A DNA stretch of 64,000 nucleotides from an uncultured Thiotrichales bacterium (lineage in GTDB: Bacteria > Pseudomonadota > Gammaproteobacteria > UBA4575). This document shows, in pieces, positions 17,886 through 29,198 of the stretch. Both the position numbers and the translations under genes were made by a program. Positions within the stretch are counted from its first letter, which is position 1. Each line of letters opens with the position of its first letter. A model generated the notes under the pieces. The model saw only the letters and a program-made list of their open reading frames with translations, had not been told where the DNA came from and did no database searches. The stretch is from NCBI GenBank assembly GCA_964614915.1, contig CAZTNC010000002.1, positions 32,575-96,574 of the forward strand. The letters are read 5' to 3'.

Positions 17886-18965
17886 ATGACCACTATGTGC
17901 AAGTATCTATTTTCCGTACGATTTGTATTCGCGGTGGCCCTGTTGCCCCTGGCGCTAGGTGGCTGCGGTTTTCTGAAGACAGGGGATCAGGATTATTCGG
18001 GCAGCGCCTCGACAAAACCGCTTGAGGCACCGCCCGACCTCGTGACTCCGGATTGGGAAGACAGCCTGAGGATTCCGAAAACGGCAAGTGACAGGGTCAG
18101 CGCCCTGCAGACACAGATACCGGCAGTGGGTGCCAGCGTGCTCCCCGAGTTTCTCGAAATGCGCGTGCGCCAGGAGGGCCCGACGCGCTGGCTTGAAGTG
18201 GACACCGATCCGGTCACACTGTGGCCGCTGCTGCGCATGTTCTGGCAGGAGGAAGGTTTCAGAATCGCCGAAGACGAACCGATACTGGGCTACATGGAAA
18301 CACACTGGGCCCAAAACCTGGACCGTCTCCGCGATGCGTCATCCAACCGGGAGGGGATAGACGCGGTCACGGAGAAGTTCCGGATGCGTCTTGAGCGCCA
18401 ACCCAATGCGGTGACCAACCTCTACCTGACGCGCCGTGGCCTGGAGGTGGCAGCGGTCAATGCAGATGACCAGATTCTGTGGAAACCGCAACCCCCGAAC
18501 CCTGAACGCGAAGCGGAGATGACGGTTAGGCTGATGGAGTTTCTGGGCACTTCAAAAGAAGAGGCCGCACTCAAGTTTGCGAGCCCGGGTTCCCGTGCCC
18601 TGTACCTGGACATCCGGGACATCGAAGGAATCCCGGTGCTGATGGTTGGCGATGTTTTCCCGCGGGTCTGGCGCAGGACAGGTGTGGCCCTGGATCGCTC
18701 AGGCCTGGTTATCGAGGATCACAATCGCGACAAGGGAATTTACTTTGTTTCCATGGAGCCGGACCCGGTCTCCTCGGAGACGGGTGTACGGGACGGCAAT
18801 GCCGCAGCGGTGCACTACCAGATACACCTGCTCGGCAAGGGCAAGCAGACGCTGATCACGGCCCACAGGGACGGTCAAGAGCAGGTGGTAATCCCGGCAG
18901 AAACCGCCAGGAAAGTGCTGCGCAGAATTATCTCTGCCTATCCGGGCCACTTCCCGCGCGCGTAG
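17886..18965 (+). CDS. bamC: Outer-membrane assembly lipoprotein BamC (NlpB/DapX)
   Basis: Lipobox LGGC; PLEAPPDL; GYMETHW; WRRTGVALDR; directly follows dapA. Confidence 0.8.
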   Translation: MTTMCKYLFSVRFVFAVALLPLALGGCGFLKTGDQDYSGSASTKPLEAPPDLVTPDWEDSLRIPKTASDRVSALQTQIPAVGASVLPEFLEMRVRQEGPTRWLEVDTDPVTLWPLLRMFWQEEGFRIAEDEPILGYMETHWAQNLDRLRDASSNREGIDAVTEKFRMRLERQPNAVTNLYLTRRGLEVAAVNADDQILWKPQPPNPEREAEMTVRLMEFLGTSKEEAALKFASPGSRALYLDIRDIEGIPVLMVGDVFPRVWRRTGVALDRSGLVIEDHNRDKGIYFVSMEPDPVSSETGVRDGNAAAVHYQIHLLGKGKQTLITAHRDGQEQVVIPAETARKVLRRIISAYPGHFPRA

Positions 18966-18979
18966 CCGCAGGATTTATT

Positions 18980-20905
18980 TCAAGAGGCCGTTTTGGTTTT
19001 TCGTCGTCGGGTTCGCTTGACGGCAGGCTTGGTTTTCTGACTTTCTTTTACGAATTGCTGGATGGACTCCAGGATGCCGTCTGCATCCAGTCCTGCATCT
19101 GACAACTGTTCCTCGCGGGTGGCGTGGTTCAGGTAATGATCCGGCAAGCCCAGGTTTTTGATGCAAACAGGAAGCTGGCCGACCGCCAAAACCTCGTTGA
19201 CCGCAGAGCCTGCACCTCCTGCCACGACATTGTCCTCGATCGTGACTATAAACTCGTGCGCCTTGGCAACATCGATAATGAGGGCCTGGTCGATCGGTTT
19301 GACGAACCGCATGTCGACTACAGTGGCATCCAGCTGTTCTCCGACAGTGAGGGCATCATGCACGGGGCTTCCAAAGGCCAGGATGGCAATGCGTTTGCCT
19401 TGGCGCAACACCTTGGCCTTGCCGACCTCCACTGCATTCATCTCAGGCTCGACCGGAGTGCCTGGTCCGCTGCCTCGAGGATAGCGCACGGCAGCCGGAC
19501 ACTCCTGCAGGTAGGCCGTGTAGAGCATCCGCCGTGTCTCATTTTCATTGCTGGGTGTCATCACCACCATGTTCGGGATGCAACGCAGGTAGGTCAGGTC
19601 AAAACTGCCCGCATGTGTCTGCCCGTCGCCACCCACTACCCCGGCCCGGTCGATCGCAAACATGACCGGAAGGTTTTGCACTGCCACATCATGGACCAGC
19701 TGGTCGTAGCCGCGCTGCAGGAAGGTTGAGTAGATGGCCACAATCGGCTTGACATCCTCACAGGCCATGCCGGCGGCAAGTGTTACGGCATGCTGCTCTG
19801 CAATGGCAACATCGAAGTAGCGGTCAGGAAATTCCTTGGAGAACCGGACCAGGCCCGAGCCCTCACGCATGGCAGGCGTGATCGCCATTACGCGCTCATC
19901 CTGCTTGGCAATGTCGCACAGCCAGTCGCTGAAAACCTGCGTATAGGTGACCTTCTTCGGCTGCCCCTTGGATTTGACCACCCCGACACTTGGCTCAAAG
20001 GTGGGCACGGCATGGTAGCCTACCGGATCCGATTCTGCCTTCGCATAACCCTTGCCCTTGACCGTGCAGATGTGCAGCAGCCGGGGGCCTTCCAGGCGTT
20101 TGAGGTTTTTCAGAATCTTGATCAGGCTGCTCGCATCATGCCCGTTTGCAGGGCCGTAATAGCTTACACCCAGTTCCTCAAACAGCGTTCCGGGGGGTGT
20201 CACCACACCCTTTACGTGTTCGGTGATGCGTCCGACAAACTCATTCGCAAACGGGATAGGCTGCAGCAGTTTTTCACTGCTCTTGCTGATGGTGGCCGAC
20301 ATTTGTCCGGAGAGTATCCGGGTCAGGTAATTCGTCATGGCACCGATATTGGGCGAAATCGACATTTCGTTGTCATTGAGTATGACCAGCAGGTCGGCAT
20401 TGCTGTCCCCCAGGTGATTCAGGGCCTCATACGCCATTCCACCCGTGATGCCGCCGTCTCCGATGACCGCGATGACTTTGCGCTTCTTGCTCTGCGGCGC
20501 ACTGGCAATGGCCATCCCCAGGGCAGCACCGATGGAAGTGCTCGAATGGCCGGTTCCAAAATGGTCATGTTCACTTTCGCTGCGTTTCGGGAAGGGCGCC
20601 AGTCCGTCCTTGGTTCGAATGGTTGTAATGCGGTCTTTGCGGCCCGTGAGGATCTTGTGCGGGTAGCACTGGTGGCCGACATCCCACACGATGCGGTCAT
20701 GCGGGGTATTGAAGACATAATGCAGGGCAACGGTGATTTCGACAGCACCGAGACCACCCCCGAAGTGCCCGCCACAACTGGCAATGGAATCCAGCAAGAA
20801 GTCCCGCAGCTCATCTGCCACGGCGGGCATCTGCTTTTCCCTCAGCGCCCGCAGATCTGCAGGGCTGTCAATCCTGGATAACAGGGGATAGCGGGATGTG
20901 TCCAT
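18980..20905 (-). CDS. dxs: 1-deoxy-D-xylulose-5-phosphate synthase
   Basis: WDVGHQ, GHSSTS, GDG...NDN, IAEQHA, DRAG, RYPRG. Confidence 0.98.
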   Translation of the reverse strand: MDTSRYPLLSRIDSPADLRALREKQMPAVADELRDFLLDSIASCGGHFGGGLGAVEITVALHYVFNTPHDRIVWDVGHQCYPHKILTGRKDRITTIRTKDGLAPFPKRSESEHDHFGTGHSSTSIGAALGMAIASAPQSKKRKVIAVIGDGGITGGMAYEALNHLGDSNADLLVILNDNEMSISPNIGAMTNYLTRILSGQMSATISKSSEKLLQPIPFANEFVGRITEHVKGVVTPPGTLFEELGVSYYGPANGHDASSLIKILKNLKRLEGPRLLHICTVKGKGYAKAESDPVGYHAVPTFEPSVGVVKSKGQPKKVTYTQVFSDWLCDIAKQDERVMAITPAMREGSGLVRFSKEFPDRYFDVAIAEQHAVTLAAGMACEDVKPIVAIYSTFLQRGYDQLVHDVAVQNLPVMFAIDRAGVVGGDGQTHAGSFDLTYLRCIPNMVVMTPSNENETRRMLYTAYLQECPAAVRYPRGSGPGTPVEPEMNAVEVGKAKVLRQGKRIAILAFGSPVHDALTVGEQLDATVVDMRFVKPIDQALIIDVAKAHEFIVTIEDNVVAGGAGSAVNEVLAVGQLPVCIKNLGLPDHYLNHATREEQLSDAGLDADGILESIQQFVKESQKTKPAVKRTRRRKTKTAS

Positions 20906-20957
20906 AGGTATCAGGAGTAGTCAGACTGGTCGCCGCAGCAAGGCCGAAGCCGGTGCG

Positions 20958-21860
20958 CTATGAAATTCGTCTTATTATGTATTGACTAACAGCGTACAGC
21001 GTTGCCCACTGAAAATCCAGATGGTCAATTTCCCGGCAGGCTTGCTGTAACAACTCTTCAGCCATGTTTCCGGCTTGCTCCATTCCTACGATGCTCGGAT
21101 AGGTGGGCTTGTTTTGCGCCGCATCGGAACCTTGCGGTTTGCCCAGAACTTCCGTCTCACTCTGAATGTCGAGAATATCGTCCCGGATCTGAAACAGCAG
21201 TCCGATGCAATCGGAAAAGCGGGCAAACCGCTCATAGATCTCGGGTGTATCCATCTCACTCGCAGCCACGGCCATCAGCACGCTGGCCCTGATCAGCGCC
21301 CCGGTCTTGAGGCGATGCATGTGCTTCAGATCTTTTTCATCAAGTGATTTGTTGACAGAAGCAAGATCAATCGCCTGTCCGCCGACCATACCCTGTGAGC
21401 CGGCTCCATCACCGAGGAGTTGGGCCATCTTGATCCGCCGTTCTGGCGGGTTGGCAGGATCGTTGGCCAGTACGGAAAATGCTAAAGCCTGAAGGGCATC
21501 GCCTGCCAGAATGGCATTGGCCTCTCCGAAGGCATTGTGGCAGGTTGGTCGTCCACGACGCAGGTCATCGTCGTCCATTGCCGGGAGATCGTCATGGATC
21601 AGGGAGTAACTGTGTATCAGTTCCACGGCACAGGCCGGCGCATCCAGTCTGTCCACAGGCACGTCCAGTGCCTCTCCAGTGGCATACAGCAGTACCGGGC
21701 GTATTCGTTTGCCTTCTCCCAGTACGGTATAACGCATGGCCTCATGCAGAACTGCAGGCGGTTCGGATGCTGCAGGAAGCCAGTTTTCGAGTTGCTGGTT
21801 AACACGCCCAGCATAGAGACTGAGAATCTCGTCAATCTTTTTCGGGCTTTTCTCCGTCAT
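20958..21860 (-). CDS. ispA: Farnesyl diphosphate synthase
   Basis: [38 protein letters not shown]. Confidence 0.95.
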   Translation of the reverse strand: MTEKSPKKIDEILSLYAGRVNQQLENWLPAASEPPAVLHEAMRYTVLGEGKRIRPVLLYATGEALDVPVDRLDAPACAVELIHSYSLIHDDLPAMDDDDLRRGRPTCHNAFGEANAILAGDALQALAFSVLANDPANPPERRIKMAQLLGDGAGSQGMVGGQAIDLASVNKSLDEKDLKHMHRLKTGALIRASVLMAVAASEMDTPEIYERFARFSDCIGLLFQIRDDILDIQSETEVLGKPQGSDAAQNKPTYPSIVGMEQAGNMAEELLQQACREIDHLDFQWATLYAVSQYIIRRIS

Positions 21861-22062
21861 CGAAGCTCTTTTCTGTCCAGTCTCCATTTTCCTTGCTCAG
21901 AACCGAAATTTTCTGTTCCGCCTGCTGCAATGCCTGGCGGCACTGGCGTGTGAGCTTGACGCCCTGTTCAAAGCACTTCAGTGACTCCTCCAGGGACAGG
22001 CCACCTTTTTCCAACTTGTCGACCAGTTCTTCAAGTTGTTTTAATGATTTTTCAAAATCCAT
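21832..22062 (-). CDS. xseB: Exodeoxyribonuclease VII small subunit
   Basis: [25 protein letters not shown]; xseB-ispA-dxs synteny. Confidence 0.93.
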   Translation of the reverse strand: MDFEKSLKQLEELVDKLEKGGLSLEESLKCFEQGVKLTRQCRQALQQAEQKISVLSKENGDWTEKSFDDGEKPEKD

Positions 22063-22304
22063 GAGTTGCGCTGTAGTTTTTTGTAACGATTTTGGAAGGG
22101 AACACAGATCGACTGCACACGGCTTTTCCTGCAGCAAGGAGCTGTACCTGTGCAGATCGTCATGCGCCGTATCATAGCATGCCGCTCAGAATGCTGAGGC
22201 ACATGACCAGCACATGCACGGATCAGGTGAACGCATTTTGCCGGGTGTTGGCCCAAGGTACTGGACTGGATACAGGGGAGGGTACGGGTCTGGCCGTGTC
22301 AACT

Positions 22305-22327
22305 AATATGTTATACTGTAATACTAA
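22305..22327. promoter_or_regulatory. Zur box
   Basis: AATATGTTATA-C-TGTAATACTAA resembles gammaproteobacterial consensus GAAATGTTATA-N-TATAACATTTC; upstream of zur-znuCB. Confidence 0.75.
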
Positions 22328-22395
22328 ATCCTATGGGGCTCCAGGATACGGGTTCCACATCGTATCGTTACTCCCTTCTGACCAAGGTGACATCC

Positions 22396-22899
22396 ATGGA
22401 CCAGCCGTCTTTTCCGCAACGCCAGCACGATCACGAGGCCTGTATTCATGCGGGCATGGCGCATGCGGAGGCTACATGCGAGAGCCGTAATGAGCGCTTC
22501 ACCGCGAATCGCCGTTCTGTCCTCGAGTTGCTGCTGGCCGGGCATCGCCCGCTGGGAGTCTACGAACTCATGAAACAGTTTGACTGGAAAGGGCGCAAAC
22601 CTGCACCTGCCCAGATTTATCGTGCACTTGAGTTCCTGGAATCCATCGGTCTTGTGCACCGTATCGAAAGCTGCAATGCCTATCTCGCATGCAACCGTCC
22701 AGGGCGTCACCACTGCACCATATTTCTGGTGTGTGAGCAGTGTAAGACGGTCGCTGAAGTCGAGGCGGAACGCATGCAGGATGCCATCACCGACCTTGCG
22801 GGACAGACTGGCTTTGAGCTTCACTCCCAGGTACTTGAGGCCCGCGGGCTTTGTCCGGAGTGCGCCGAGTCTGGGGCCACCGACGAGGTCGGCCGTTGA
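22396..22899 (+). CDS. zur: Zinc uptake regulator (Fur family)
   Basis: HDH N-terminus, YRALEFL, VHRIES, CxxC twice; adjacent to znuCB. Confidence 0.9.
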   Translation: MDQPSFPQRQHDHEACIHAGMAHAEATCESRNERFTANRRSVLELLLAGHRPLGVYELMKQFDWKGRKPAPAQIYRALEFLESIGLVHRIESCNAYLACNRPGRHHCTIFLVCEQCKTVAEVEAERMQDAITDLAGQTGFELHSQVLEARGLCPECAESGATDEVGR

Positions 22900-22901
22900 G
22901 C

Positions 22902-23702
22902 ATGGGCGGGACCCGGTTGATCGGAGCCCAGGGAGTCAGCGTTCGCAGAAGAGGGCGCTTGCTTCTTCACGGGGTGGATATCCACGTGAACCGGGGCGAG
23001 GTGGTGACCCTGATTGGGCCAAACGGTGCCGGCAAAACCACACTGGTCCGCGTCCTGCTCGGATTGCTGTTGCCGGATACGGGTCACGTGCAGCGTGGAC
23101 CCTCTGTCCGGGTAGGCTATGTGCCCCAGCATCTCCATCTGAACTCGACCATGCCGATCTCGGTAAAGCGCATGATGAGCCTGACCGGGCAGCCTCCTCC
23201 AGGCGCCATCGAGGAAGCCCTTGATGAAACCGGGTCACGAGGGTTACTGGAAGCCCGCATGTCTGAGCTTTCAGGTGGTGAACTGCGCAGGGTGTTGCTA
23301 GCACGTGCGTTACTGAATCACCCTGACCTGTTGATCCTGGATGAGCCTGTGCAGGGAGTGGATTACATTGGCGAAGCAGACATGTATGCGCTGATTGCAG
23401 AGATTGTCGCACGCCACGGTTGCGGTGCGCTCATGGTGAGCCATGACCTTCATATCGTGATGGCCGCCACGGACCGGGTCGTCTGTCTGAATCACCATAT
23501 ATGCTGTACCGGAGTGCCTCAGGAAGTGGTCGGGCACGACGAATTCCAGCGGCTGTTTGGTACTCGTGCAGGAGTCGTTACTGCGCTCTATCAGCACAGC
23601 CATGATCACGTGCATGATTTCGCCAAGGTTGCACCGGTGGCATCCGACGAGCATGTATATCCGCACATGCGGCCTGCAGAGGAAGTCAAGGATGCTGGAT
23701 GA
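22902..23702 (+). CDS. znuC: Zinc ABC transporter ATPase
   Basis: GPNGAGKT, LSGGE, LDEPVQGVD, CLNHHICC, His-rich tail. Confidence 0.92.
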   Translation: MGGTRLIGAQGVSVRRRGRLLLHGVDIHVNRGEVVTLIGPNGAGKTTLVRVLLGLLLPDTGHVQRGPSVRVGYVPQHLHLNSTMPISVKRMMSLTGQPPPGAIEEALDETGSRGLLEARMSELSGGELRRVLLARALLNHPDLLILDEPVQGVDYIGEADMYALIAEIVARHGCGALMVSHDLHIVMAATDRVVCLNHHICCTGVPQEVVGHDEFQRLFGTRAGVVTALYQHSHDHVHDFAKVAPVASDEHVYPHMRPAEEVKDAG

Positions 23703-24501
23703 TTTTTTTGTTCGCGCACTTTTGGCGGCAGCCAGTGTAGGCTGTGTTGCTGGACCGCTTGGCTGCTTTTTGCTGTGGCGCAGGATGGCCTATTTTGGGG
23801 ATACCATGGCACATTCTGCACTGCTAGGCGTAGCGCTTGGGATGGTCCTTGGCAGTTCACCGGTTCTCGGGGTTTTTGCCATCGTGTTTGTAACTGCATT
23901 GTCCCTGCTGTTTCTGCAAAGAACCGTCCATCTTGCCAGTGACACCCTGCTGGGACTGCTCTCGCATACGGCTTTGGCCCTGGGAGTAGTGGTGCTTGCT
24001 ATCTCCGGCTCGGCAAGCGGGCATAGCCTTTTGGGATACCTGTTTGGTGATGTACTGGCCGTGACCCGCACGGACCTCGCCATGGTCTGGGTCGGGGGGT
24101 TCATTTGCCTCGCCGTGCTGGCCTACATCTGGCGCCCACTGGTCGCGCTTACCGTGCACGAGGACCTTGCTCGTGCCGAAGGCAGCCCGGTCGAACGCAG
24201 CCAGATCATCTACATGATCCTGATGGCTGCAGCCGTGGCAGCCGGTATGAAGGTAGTTGGTGTACTGCTGGCGGTGGCCATGCTCATCATCCCGGCTGCA
24301 GCAGCCCAATCCCTGTCCCGTACACCGGAGCAGATGGCGGTACTTGCTGCCATCATCGGTATCATTTCAGGAAGCGGCGGCCTGTACGGTTCACTGGTAC
24401 TGGATACTCCCTCCGGCCCGTCGATCGTGGTGATGGCAGGAATTCTTTTCCTGATCAGCCTTTTGGTCCAGCCCATAAGCCGGGCACTGGAATCCGCCTA
24501 A
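23692..24501 (+). CDS. znuB: Zinc ABC transporter permease
   Basis: WRRMAYFGDTMAHSALLG, YLFGDVL, PSGPSIV. Confidence 0.93.
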   Translation: MLDDFFVRALLAAASVGCVAGPLGCFLLWRRMAYFGDTMAHSALLGVALGMVLGSSPVLGVFAIVFVTALSLLFLQRTVHLASDTLLGLLSHTALALGVVVLAISGSASGHSLLGYLFGDVLAVTRTDLAMVWVGGFICLAVLAYIWRPLVALTVHEDLARAEGSPVERSQIIYMILMAAAVAAGMKVVGVLLAVAMLIIPAAAAQSLSRTPEQMAVLAAIIGIISGSGGLYGSLVLDTPSGPSIVVMAGILFLISLLVQPISRALESA

Positions 24502-24628
24502 GCCAGACTAGTCCCGCTAAATCCTCGTTGGTGGTTTTGCGTTGTTGTACCACGCAGGATTGTATGCTCGTTTAGTTCAATATTATTAAGTGTTCATTGA
24601 TATTGGACATATTTTTTTAATGAACTAA

Positions 24629-25474
24629 TCAGGATCGGGGTGGAGGTTTGGGGCGCGCATCAAATTCGATTTGCTCCGCGCCGTGGTATACGAGAAAGGC
24701 ACGCCCTTTGGCACGCGCGATCATCATAATGCCTAGGTCACGAGCCAGTTCCAGGCCCATGTGAGTGACTCCCGAGCGCGACAGTAGCACCGGAATACCC
24801 ATGTGTGCAGATTTCATGATCATCTCGGAGGTCAGGCGACCGGTGGTATAGAAAATCTTGTCCGCACCTGCAACATGCTCGAGCCACATCCAGCCCGAGA
24901 TGGCATCCGCAGCATTATGCCTGCCAACGTCTTCGACGAATTTAAGGATTTCAGTGTCGTGGCAAAGTGCACAGCCATGTACCGCACCGGCTCGCTTGTA
25001 AATTTCGTTGAACCGGGTGATGGCCGCCAGCAAATCATAGATTTTCGACTGCTTCAGGGACACTTTCGGGAGTCGGGCATCGTACAGCTTGTCCAGTGTG
25101 CAACTGAAGACTGTGCCCTGTCCGCAGCCTGAAGTCACAGTCCGGCTGCTCAGTTTTTCCTCCCAGTCGGTGATTTCCCGGCCTTCACAGGTCATGATCT
25201 CGACGGTTTCCCGCTCCCAGTCCACCTCGACCGAGGCAATATCGGAAATATCCTCTAGCAGGCGCTGGTTACGCAGGTAGCCGAGCGCAAGCTCTTCCGG
25301 ATGGGTGCCCAGTGTCATCAGTGTCACGAGCTCGCGGCCGTTCACTTTCAGGGTCAGGGGGGACTCTCCTGCAACCTGCACCTCGCGCTGCTCATGAAAC
25401 TGGTTGGTGACGGTCACCGCATGCGTGGGTGCAAGCCCCTGCCGTGACATTTTGGGTCGGTAATGCTGGTTCAT
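24629..25474 (-). CDS. fdhD: Formate dehydrogenase accessory sulfurtransferase FdhD
   Basis: TSGCGQG, GAVHGCAL, EDVGRHNA.D, TGRLTSEM. Confidence 0.92.
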   Translation of the reverse strand: MNQHYRPKMSRQGLAPTHAVTVTNQFHEQREVQVAGESPLTLKVNGRELVTLMTLGTHPEELALGYLRNQRLLEDISDIASVEVDWERETVEIMTCEGREITDWEEKLSSRTVTSGCGQGTVFSCTLDKLYDARLPKVSLKQSKIYDLLAAITRFNEIYKRAGAVHGCALCHDTEILKFVEDVGRHNAADAISGWMWLEHVAGADKIFYTTGRLTSEMIMKSAHMGIPVLLSRSGVTHMGLELARDLGIMMIARAKGRAFLVYHGAEQIEFDARPKPPPRS

Positions 25475-25478
25475 CGCA

Positions 25479-26831
25479 CTAGGCAATGTGCCTGACCGCC
25501 TCGCCAAGCTGGCGGACGGTAATCACTTCCAGTCCGGGCAGCCGGGTCTTGGGTTGATTGGCCTCGGGGATGATCGCCTTGGTCACACCGTGCTCGCGCG
25601 CCTCTTTCAGACGTGCCAGGCCGTTATAGACCGGGCGAACCTCGCCCGTCAGTCCGATCTCGCCAAAGGCCGCAAGCCCGCGGTCCAGGGTGTGGTTTTT
25701 GAAACTGGAGTAGGTCGCCAGCAGCACTGCAAGGTCTGCTCCGGTTTCCTTCAACTGGATGCCCCCGACGATGTTTACGAACACATCCTTGTCATAGATC
25801 TCGACACCTCCATGCCTGTGCAGTATCGCAAGCAGCATGGTCAACCGGTTCTGTTCAATCCCGATTGCAACTCGCCTCGGATGGGTTGCCGGGGTGTCTT
25901 CCACCAGGGACTGTACTTCCAGCAACAAGGGTCGGGTGGCTTCACAGGTTACGGTGATCACGCTGCCGGGGGCAGTGTCTGCGTGCCGCGATAAAAAGAT
26001 GGCCGATGGGTTTTTAACACCCTTCAGGCCCGTATCCTGCATCACGAAGACTCCCAGTTCGTTGACGGCTCCGAAGCGGTTCTTGGCTGCCCTCAACACG
26101 CGGTAACGCCCGCCATCGTCACCCTCGAAATACAACACGGTATCCACAACGTGCTCGAGCACCCGCGGTCCGGCAATCGAGCCTTCCTTGGTGACGTGGC
26201 CAATCATGAAAACCGTAGTGTCGGTCTGCTTGGCGAACTGGGTGACGCGGTTTGCACATTCTCTCACCTGGGAAATGGAGCCGGCGGCCGAAGGAGTCTT
26301 CTCGGAGGCCAGCGACTGGATCGAGTCGATGACCATGATGCTCGGGCGCTCCCTCGTGGCACAGGCCAGGATTTCCTCAAGTCGTGTGGAGGCCAGCACT
26401 CGCAGAGGTGCATTCTTGTAGCCAAGCCGCTCTGCGCGCAGGGCCACCTGCTGCAGGGACTCTTCGCCGGTCACGTACAGGGCGCGCTGGTGATCCAGAG
26501 CACACAGGACCTGCAGCAGCAGGGTCGATTTGCCAATGCCGGGATTGCCGCCGACCAGTACCACTGAGCCCGTGACAATTCCGCCGCCCAGCACACGGTC
26601 GAGTTCTGCAAGGGTGGTGGCCGTGCGGTCCTGTGACTCGAAGGTAATTTCGCTGACGGTCTGGATTTCAGTGACATCCCCGGCATGCAGCAGCGAGATG
26701 GCCTTGTTTTGCCTGAACACGGCCGACTGCTTCTCGATCGTGTTCCAAGCCCCGCAGCTGGGGCACTGGCCCGTCCACTTGGTGAAAAGACCGGTGCATT
26801 CCGTACAGACAAAGCTTGATTCCTTGGCCAT
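25479..26831 (-). CDS. radA: DNA repair protein RadA/Sms
   Basis: C4 zinc finger, GNPGIGKS, KNRFG, Lon-like C-terminus GEIGLTGE. Confidence 0.97.
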   Translation of the reverse strand: MAKESSFVCTECTGLFTKWTGQCPSCGAWNTIEKQSAVFRQNKAISLLHAGDVTEIQTVSEITFESQDRTATTLAELDRVLGGGIVTGSVVLVGGNPGIGKSTLLLQVLCALDHQRALYVTGEESLQQVALRAERLGYKNAPLRVLASTRLEEILACATRERPSIMVIDSIQSLASEKTPSAAGSISQVRECANRVTQFAKQTDTTVFMIGHVTKEGSIAGPRVLEHVVDTVLYFEGDDGGRYRVLRAAKNRFGAVNELGVFVMQDTGLKGVKNPSAIFLSRHADTAPGSVITVTCEATRPLLLEVQSLVEDTPATHPRRVAIGIEQNRLTMLLAILHRHGGVEIYDKDVFVNIVGGIQLKETGADLAVLLATYSSFKNHTLDRGLAAFGEIGLTGEVRPVYNGLARLKEAREHGVTKAIIPEANQPKTRLPGLEVITVRQLGEAVRHIA

Positions 26832-26889
26832 TTGGATATTGTACCCGAGAGGTGAGGGCAACTCTGGGCTGTGCTGCAGGCGTGCGGGG

Positions 26890-28167
26890 CTAGACTGCCT
26901 CTTGGGGCTTGCGCAGTTGCGGGCTGATCCTGGCCGTGCGGACTGCATTCTTGTGGGTGCGCACGACTTCGATCGGATATCCGTCGATCAGCACGGTGGT
27001 GCCCGGTTCCGGAATGGATTCCATCTGTTCCAGAATCAGGCCATTGATGGTCTTGGGCCCGTGATCATGCAGTTCCAGGTTCAGGGCCTTGTTGATGTCC
27101 CGGATATGTGTGCCACCGTCCACGAAGTACGTGCCATCCTGCTGGGGATGAATCTCGACATCATAGGTGGCCGGGTCATTGGTGAACTCGCCGACGATTT
27201 CCTCAAGCAGGTCTTCAAGCGTGACCAGCCCCTGGATGTCGCCGAATTCGTCCACCACCAGGCTGGATCTCCGTTTCTTGTCCTGCAGTTCGAACAGCAA
27301 TTTTTTCAGATTGGTGCCTTCCGGGATGAAATACGGCTCGCGTAACGCCTGTTCCAGATCCTCAAGCGCGATTTCCTTTTGGATGACGCTGGTGAACAGC
27401 TTGCGCACATGCAGGAAGCCGACCACATTGTCGATGCTGCCACGGCAGACCGGAATTCGTGTGTAGGAAATGTTCTTCAGTTGCGAGACGGTTTCTTCCC
27501 AGTCATCGTCAAGGTCGATGGCGACAATCTCGTTTTTCGGGATCATGATGTCTTCCACTGTGATCTTTTCCAGGTCGAGCACCCCCAGCAGCATCTGCTG
27601 GTGTTCGCTGGAGATGGAGATGTGCTCGTCATCGACCACGGTGCGCAATTCTTCGTGACTGAGCTTGTTGCCAGTGCTGTCCTTGACTTCAATCCCGAAC
27701 ACCCTCAGCAGGTTATTGGCAAACAGGTTCACGGTCCAGACGAAGGGATAGGTCACGGCAAGCAACGGCACGTAGACCACAGCCGCCGGCAGGGCCAGTT
27801 TTTCTGCATGCAGTGCCGCAACGGTTTTCGGAGTCAGTTCGGCAAAGATCAGGATCACAAAGATCAGGATGAAGGTGGCGACCGCAATGCCGATATCGCC
27901 ATGCAAGCGATACCCGATGTAGGCGGACAGCTGGGCAATCAGGATATTGACCACATTGTTGCCGAGCAGGATCAGACCAATGAGGCGGTCAGGTTTTTCG
28001 AGCAGCTTTTGCGCCTGCTTTGCACCGCGGCGACCGGTGCGGACCATGTGCCGGAGGCGATAGCGATCCAGCGCCATCAATGCCGTTTCCGAGCCTGAAA
28101 AAAATGCGGAGAGGATAAATAGAATAAACAACACTGAAAACAGTGTGCCTATCGAAAAATCGTCCAA
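26890..28167 (-). CDS. CNNM/CorB (YfjD) Mg/Co transporter with CBS and CorC domains
   Basis: SAFFSGSETA, ILLGNN, ELTPKT, VVDEFG, LEDLLEEIVGE. Confidence 0.92.
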   Translation of the reverse strand: MDDFSIGTLFSVLFILFILSAFFSGSETALMALDRYRLRHMVRTGRRGAKQAQKLLEKPDRLIGLILLGNNVVNILIAQLSAYIGYRLHGDIGIAVATFILIFVILIFAELTPKTVAALHAEKLALPAAVVYVPLLAVTYPFVWTVNLFANNLLRVFGIEVKDSTGNKLSHEELRTVVDDEHISISSEHQQMLLGVLDLEKITVEDIMIPKNEIVAIDLDDDWEETVSQLKNISYTRIPVCRGSIDNVVGFLHVRKLFTSVIQKEIALEDLEQALREPYFIPEGTNLKKLLFELQDKKRRSSLVVDEFGDIQGLVTLEDLLEEIVGEFTNDPATYDVEIHPQQDGTYFVDGGTHIRDINKALNLELHDHGPKTINGLILEQMESIPEPGTTVLIDGYPIEVVRTHKNAVRTARISPQLRKPQEAV

Positions 28168-28227
28168 GGTCTACACGACCCTCCGGTAATAAAGATACCT
28201 ACATTAACGGCTGTAGCGCCGAAATTG

Positions 28228-29055
28228 TCAAGTAACCGGAATGGAAATCACGCGCTGCAGGATCAATTCCAGGACGAACTTGCTGCCGAGGTAGGACAAA
28301 AACAAGAACCCGAAGCCACCCAGGGTCCAGCGCATGGCCATGGACCCCCGCCAGCCGAACTGCCAGCGACCCCAGAGCAACAGTGCAAATACCAGCCACG
28401 CCAGAACCGACAGGACGGTCTTGTGCACCACATGCTGTTCGAACATGTCTTCCAGAAACAGGAATCCGGTGAATAGAGCAACACTCAACAGCAAAAACCC
28501 GACGCCAATGGTCTGGAACAGGAATCTCTCCGTATCGTGCAGTGGTCCCAGCGCGCGTGTCATGCCACCCAGTTGATGCTTGCGCAGATGCCGGTCCTGG
28601 GCAAATAGCAGGATGGACTGCAGGGCGGATATTGCCAAAACGCTGAAGGCAAACAATGAGGCGACTATATGCAACTGCAGGCCATGCAGGTTGAGCGCGG
28701 AGGCTGCGATTTCAGGCCTGTAGATGGTCAATGCAATGCTGGTCACGACGATCGGCAACACGAGCAGGCCAAGAAGTTCTGCCTTGCGGGCCATGGACAG
28801 GGCCAGCACCAGGACCGCGATGATAAAAAACAAGATGGACACCGCATTGTAGAACGTCAGGTTGAGGCCCTGTGCGGTAAAGGTCTGCGGGTACAGGTAC
28901 GCGGCATGCAGGAGGCATGCAACGCCCCAGACTGTCAGCATCAGGCTGCGGTTGCCGTCATGCTCGCTTTCACTCAGCTTGTGCGTGCGCCACAGGATGA
29001 CCACGAAAGTCAGGGCGTAGAATGCGATCGCTGCAAACTTCAATAGGCTTGACAT
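28228..29055 (-). CDS. ypjD: Cytochrome c assembly-family inner-membrane protein (YpjD-like)
   Basis: Multi-TM; HKTVLS, GWRG, YLGSKFVLE; divergent from ffh. Confidence 0.85.
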   Translation of the reverse strand: MSSLLKFAAIAFYALTFVVILWRTHKLSESEHDGNRSLMLTVWGVACLLHAAYLYPQTFTAQGLNLTFYNAVSILFFIIAVLVLALSMARKAELLGLLVLPIVVTSIALTIYRPEIAASALNLHGLQLHIVASLFAFSVLAISALQSILLFAQDRHLRKHQLGGMTRALGPLHDTERFLFQTIGVGFLLLSVALFTGFLFLEDMFEQHVVHKTVLSVLAWLVFALLLWGRWQFGWRGSMAMRWTLGGFGFLFLSYLGSKFVLELILQRVISIPVT

Positions 29056-29198
29056 GGCCGTTACATGAACAGGTGGACCTGGAAAATTGTCTTCATGCGC
29101 AATCCCTGAAAAAGGTCGTGGCGTTTTTCCACTATACTATGCAACAGGCAAAATGCTACAGCTTGCAGCTTGGCTGAACCGGAGGTTTGCAAAAGCAC

